DNA of 64,000 bases from an uncultured Marinoscillum sp. Lineage in GTDB: Bacteria; Bacteroidota; Bacteroidia; Cytophagales; MED-G16. The stretch is taken from the NCBI GenBank assembly GCA_902626505.1, contig CACOFQ010000006.1, forward strand, positions 1,382 to 65,381, given 5' to 3'. A program made the translations under genes and the position numbers. Below the pieces are notes generated by a model that saw nothing but the letters and a program-made list of their open reading frames with translations, searched no databases and had not been told where the DNA came from. Position 1 is the stretch's first letter; each line of letters starts with the position of its first letter. Of this stretch, positions 60,718-64,000 are shown in pieces.

Positions 60718-63120
60718 ATGAATAAAATATCAATTAAAAAAGTAGGAGTTATTGGATCTGGAATAATGGGGTCTAGAATAGCTTGTCATTTAGCTAACGT
60801 TGGCTTAGAAGTTATTCTTCTTGATATACCACCTAAAAAATTAAACGAAAAAGAAAAAAAACTAAAAAAAAATATAAAAAACAAAGATGTCAAAAATAGG
60901 ATTGTTGACGAATCACTTTTAACTGCAGTTAAATCTAAACCTTCACCCTTATTTACAAAAAGTAACTTAAATAATATAAAAACAGGAAACTTAGAGGATG
61001 ATTTATTTTTATTAGCCTCAGTTGATTGGATTATTGAAGCTGTTGTTGAGAATTTAGAAATAAAAAAGAATGTTTATGATTTAATAGAAAAACACAGATC
61101 AAACAAAACAATTATATCAACTAATACATCCGGTATTCCTATTAATCAAATATCTAAAGGTAGATCAAATAATTTCAAAGAATTATTTTTAGGTACCCAC
61201 TTTTTTAATCCCCCTAGATACTTAAGATTGTTAGAAATAATACCAGGTAAGGAAACAAAAAAAGCCGTAATTGATTTTTTTATGGATTTTGGTTCAAAAA
61301 CTTTAGGTAAAGAAACGGTAATTTGTAAAGACACACCAGCATTTATTGCTAACCGCTTAGGAATATATTCTTTAATGTCAACTATTCATTCGGTAGAAAA
61401 ATTTAAAATGAAAGTTGCAGAGGTTGATTTCTTAACAGGGCCAATTATTGGTAGACCAAAATCAGCTACCTTTAGAACTATGGATGTTGTTGGTTTAGAT
61501 ACTGCTGTTAACGTTTCTAACAACTTGTTGAAAGATCTAAAAAATGATGAATCATTATCTATGTTTAAACTTCCTGATTCAGTAAAAAAATTATACAAAA
61601 ACAAACAATGGGGGGATAAAACAGGAAGTGGTTTTTACAAAAAAGAGGTGGACGAAAAAGGAAAGAAAACATTTTTTGAAATAAACTTAAACACTGGTAA
61701 ATACGAAACCTACGAAAAAAATCAAGATATAGAACTATTAAACATAAAAAAAGAAGAAAGTTTAGATAAACGAATTACTGATTTAGTTTTTCTCAAAACA
61801 AAACATGGTGACTTTTATAGGTCTATTTTTTATGATTCCTTTCGATATTGTTCTTTGCGCATACCTGAGGTAAGTGATGATATTTATAAAATAGATAAAG
61901 CTATTTGTTCTGGTTTTGGATGGAAAAAAGGCCCTTTTGAAACATGGGACGCAATAGGAGTAGAAAAAGTTTATAACGAAATGTTAAAAATCAACCTAAA
62001 ACCCGCAACTTGGGTTGAGGAAATGTTGTCTTTAGGAATAAAATCATTTTATAAATTTTCGAACAACAAAAAACACTTTTATGACATTCAAGAAAAACAA
62101 TATAAACCCGTTCCGGGATCAGAAGGCTTAGTTGTTCTTGATGCTTTTAAAGAAAACGACGTTGTTTGGTCCAATAAAGGGGTGACTTTATACGACATAA
62201 AAGACGGTGTCTTGAATCTTGAGTTTCATACTAAAATGAACACAATGGGTAAGGATGTTTTAGAAGGAATAAATTACGCTATCGATATTTGTGAAAAGCA
62301 ATATACTGGGTTGGTTATTGCAAACGAAGCAGACTATTTTTCAGCTGGTGCCGACTTAGGAACGGTTTTTATGCTTGCCGGAAATAGAGATTTTGATACA
62401 ATAGAAAAATCTATAGATGCTTTTCAAAAAACAACAATGAGGGTAAGATATTCGTCGGTTCCTGTTGTGGTGGCAACATCTGGATTGGCTCTTGGGGGCG
62501 CGTGTGAACTTAGTATGCACGCAGACGCAGTTCAAGCACATAACGAAACATACATGGGTTTGGTAGAATTAGGAGCAGGCCTCATTCCCGCAGGAGGAGG
62601 AACAAAAGAAACCGTATTAAGGGTTTCGTCAGAATATTCTAAAGGGGACCCTGAGTTTAATAAACTAATGGAATCTTTCATGACGATTGCTTCAGCTAAA
62701 GTAAGCACCTCAGCATTAGAAGCACAAGAAATGGGATTTTTCAAAAGAACAAAAAACACAGCAAACAGAACAAACCTTATAAAAGACGCAAAAAACAAAG
62801 TTTTAAACATCGCTTCTTTAGGGTATGTTAAACCAACAATAAAAAAGAAAATTAAAGTTCATGGAAGGTCTGCATTAGCAATGTTTAACGCAGGAATAGA
62901 AACCATGAAACAAGGTATGTATATTACGGACTATGATCAAAAACTTGCACAAAAACTTGCACACATTATGTGTGGTGGAGACCTAACTCAGGAGTGCTAT
63001 GTAGATGAACAATATTTGTTAGACTTAGAAAGAGAAACAATGGTAAGCCTCTGTGGTGAAGAAAAAACACTTCAAAGAATGCATTCCATTTTATTTAAAA
63101 GAAAACCATTAAGAAATTAA
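60718..63120 (+). CDS. 3-hydroxyacyl-CoA dehydrogenase / enoyl-CoA hydratase (FadN-type)
   Basis: IGSGIMG, EAVVE, STNTSG, HFFNPPRY, FSAGADL, GGACE, ELGAGLIPAGGG, KPLRN end. Confidence 0.92.
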   Translation: MNKISIKKVGVIGSGIMGSRIACHLANVGLEVILLDIPPKKLNEKEKKLKKNIKNKDVKNRIVDESLLTAVKSKPSPLFTKSNLNNIKTGNLEDDLFLLASVDWIIEAVVENLEIKKNVYDLIEKHRSNKTIISTNTSGIPINQISKGRSNNFKELFLGTHFFNPPRYLRLLEIIPGKETKKAVIDFFMDFGSKTLGKETVICKDTPAFIANRLGIYSLMSTIHSVEKFKMKVAEVDFLTGPIIGRPKSATFRTMDVVGLDTAVNVSNNLLKDLKNDESLSMFKLPDSVKKLYKNKQWGDKTGSGFYKKEVDEKGKKTFFEINLNTGKYETYEKNQDIELLNIKKEESLDKRITDLVFLKTKHGDFYRSIFYDSFRYCSLRIPEVSDDIYKIDKAICSGFGWKKGPFETWDAIGVEKVYNEMLKINLKPATWVEEMLSLGIKSFYKFSNNKKHFYDIQEKQYKPVPGSEGLVVLDAFKENDVVWSNKGVTLYDIKDGVLNLEFHTKMNTMGKDVLEGINYAIDICEKQYTGLVIANEADYFSAGADLGTVFMLAGNRDFDTIEKSIDAFQKTTMRVRYSSVPVVVATSGLALGGACELSMHADAVQAHNETYMGLVELGAGLIPAGGGTKETVLRVSSEYSKGDPEFNKLMESFMTIASAKVSTSALEAQEMGFFKRTKNTANRTNLIKDAKNKVLNIASLGYVKPTIKKKIKVHGRSALAMFNAGIETMKQGMYITDYDQKLAQKLAHIMCGGDLTQECYVDEQYLLDLERETMVSLCGEEKTLQRMHSILFKRKPLRN

Positions 63121-63121
63121 A

Positions 63122-64000
63122 ATGAAAGAAGCGTATATAGTTTCGGGATTAAGGTCCCCTGTAGGAAAAGCAAAAAAAGGCGGACTTAGGTTTATACGAC
63201 CAGACGACCTTGCCGCAACCATTATTAAAAAACTTGTTGAAAACGTTGAGGGGCTAGAGGGTAAAATGGTTGATGACCTAATTGTTGGCAACGCAGTACC
63301 TGAAGCAGAACAAGGAATGCAAATGGCTAGGTATATTTCTTTACTCTCTTTACCTAAGGAGGTTCCTGGTTTTGTAATCAACAGATATTGTGGATCAGGC
63401 TTAGAAGCAATTCACTTAGCCTGCGCGAAAATTAACTCTGGTTCAGCAGATTGTGTTATTGCGGGAGGCACCGAGTCTATGAGTATGGTTCCAATGACCG
63501 GATATAAATCAGCACTAAATTATAATATTTCTCAAAATAATCCAGAATACTATTTAAACATGGGGCTAACCGCTGAAAAGTTAGCTATAGAGTATGATAT
63601 TAAAAGAGAAGACTCAGACTTGTTTTCATTAGAGTCCCACCAAAAGGCTGTAAAAGCGATTGAAAATAAAGTGTTTGATAAAGAAATACACCCTATTGAT
63701 GTAGAGGAGATAACAGTTGTTGATGGAAAGAGAAAATCAAACAAATGGACGGTTAAGGAGGATGAAGGACCACGTAAAACAACAACAATTGAAGTTTTAT
63801 CTTCACTTAGGCCAGCATTTAAAGTGGGAGGTCAGGTAACCGCAGGAAACTCTTCTCAAATGTCCGATGGCGCTGCTTTTGTTGTGGTAATGTCTGGTGA
63901 AATGATTAAAAAACTTAATCTTCAACCTATTGCCAGAATGGTTTCTTATGCTACCGCTGGGGTTGAACCAAGCATTATGGGAATTGGTCCAGCTAAAGCT
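63122..64000 (+). CDS. fadA: Acetyl-CoA C-acyltransferase (thiolase), truncated by window edge
   Basis: Not in the ORF track; read manually: MKEAYIVSGLRSPVGK, NRYCGSGL catalytic Cys, AGGTESMS, TAGNSSQMSDGAA, MGIGP. Confidence 0.92.
   Translation, partial: MKEAYIVSGLRSPVGKAKKGGLRFIRPDDLAATIIKKLVENVEGLEGKMVDDLIVGNAVPEAEQGMQMARYISLLSLPKEVPGFVINRYCGSGLEAIHLACAKINSGSADCVIAGGTESMSMVPMTGYKSALNYNISQNNPEYYLNMGLTAEKLAIEYDIKREDSDLFSLESHQKAVKAIENKVFDKEIHPIDVEEITVVDGKRKSNKWTVKEDEGPRKTTTIEVLSSLRPAFKVGGQVTAGNSSQMSDGAAFVVVMSGEMIKKLNLQPIARMVSYATAGVEPSIMGIGPAKA

Noticed and set aside
63109-63744. Minus-strand ORFs of 90 and 64 aa
   Set aside because: Antisense shadows of the thiolase that runs off the window end
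1-64000. CRISPR arrays, IS elements, prophage, defence systems, rRNA/tRNA
   Set aside because: No spaced direct repeats, transposase, integrase or phage motifs, or structured RNA signatures seen; nearly all sequence is accounted for by CDS

Overview
AT-rich, gene-dense chromosomal segment from a streamlined Bacteroidota genome. The Bacteroidota call rests on TAnnTTTG -7 promoters, a GldJ-like lipoprotein and typical gene neighbourhoods; a marine Cytophagales-like lineage is my inference. The left ~20 kb is an iron/heme region. A heme operon hemA-C-D-B-L-E-N (hemN cut by the window edge) is transcribed divergently from a cluster encoding a DUF4856-like lipoprotein, an imelysin-like lipoprotein, an HTTM/vitamin K-dependent gamma-carboxylase homologue, a TonB-dependent receptor and a DUF6607-like protein. 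A convergent FutABC/FbpABC Fe3+ ABC transporter and fumC follow. Four copies of a 19-bp palindrome (ATTTAGAATTATTCTAAAT-like, putative Fur box) mark these promoters. The middle is mostly housekeeping genes (map, lptB, iscS, glmM, mazG, rluD, pheA, glyA, tatC, rpiB, rbfA, polA, mfd) plus several secreted metallopeptidases and two unannotated convergent small membrane proteins. The right end has gldJ, an RsbW-like gene, ybeY, a parS site, mnmG and an AT-rich intergenic region with DnaA-box-like 9-mers (candidate oriC, no dnaA in the window), then beta-oxidation genes. No rRNA, tRNA, CRISPR or mobile element was seen. The best candidate for an undescribed system is the putatively iron-regulated gamma-carboxylase-homologue/imelysin/TonB receptor module. 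All family calls come from motif recognition by eye, without database searches.
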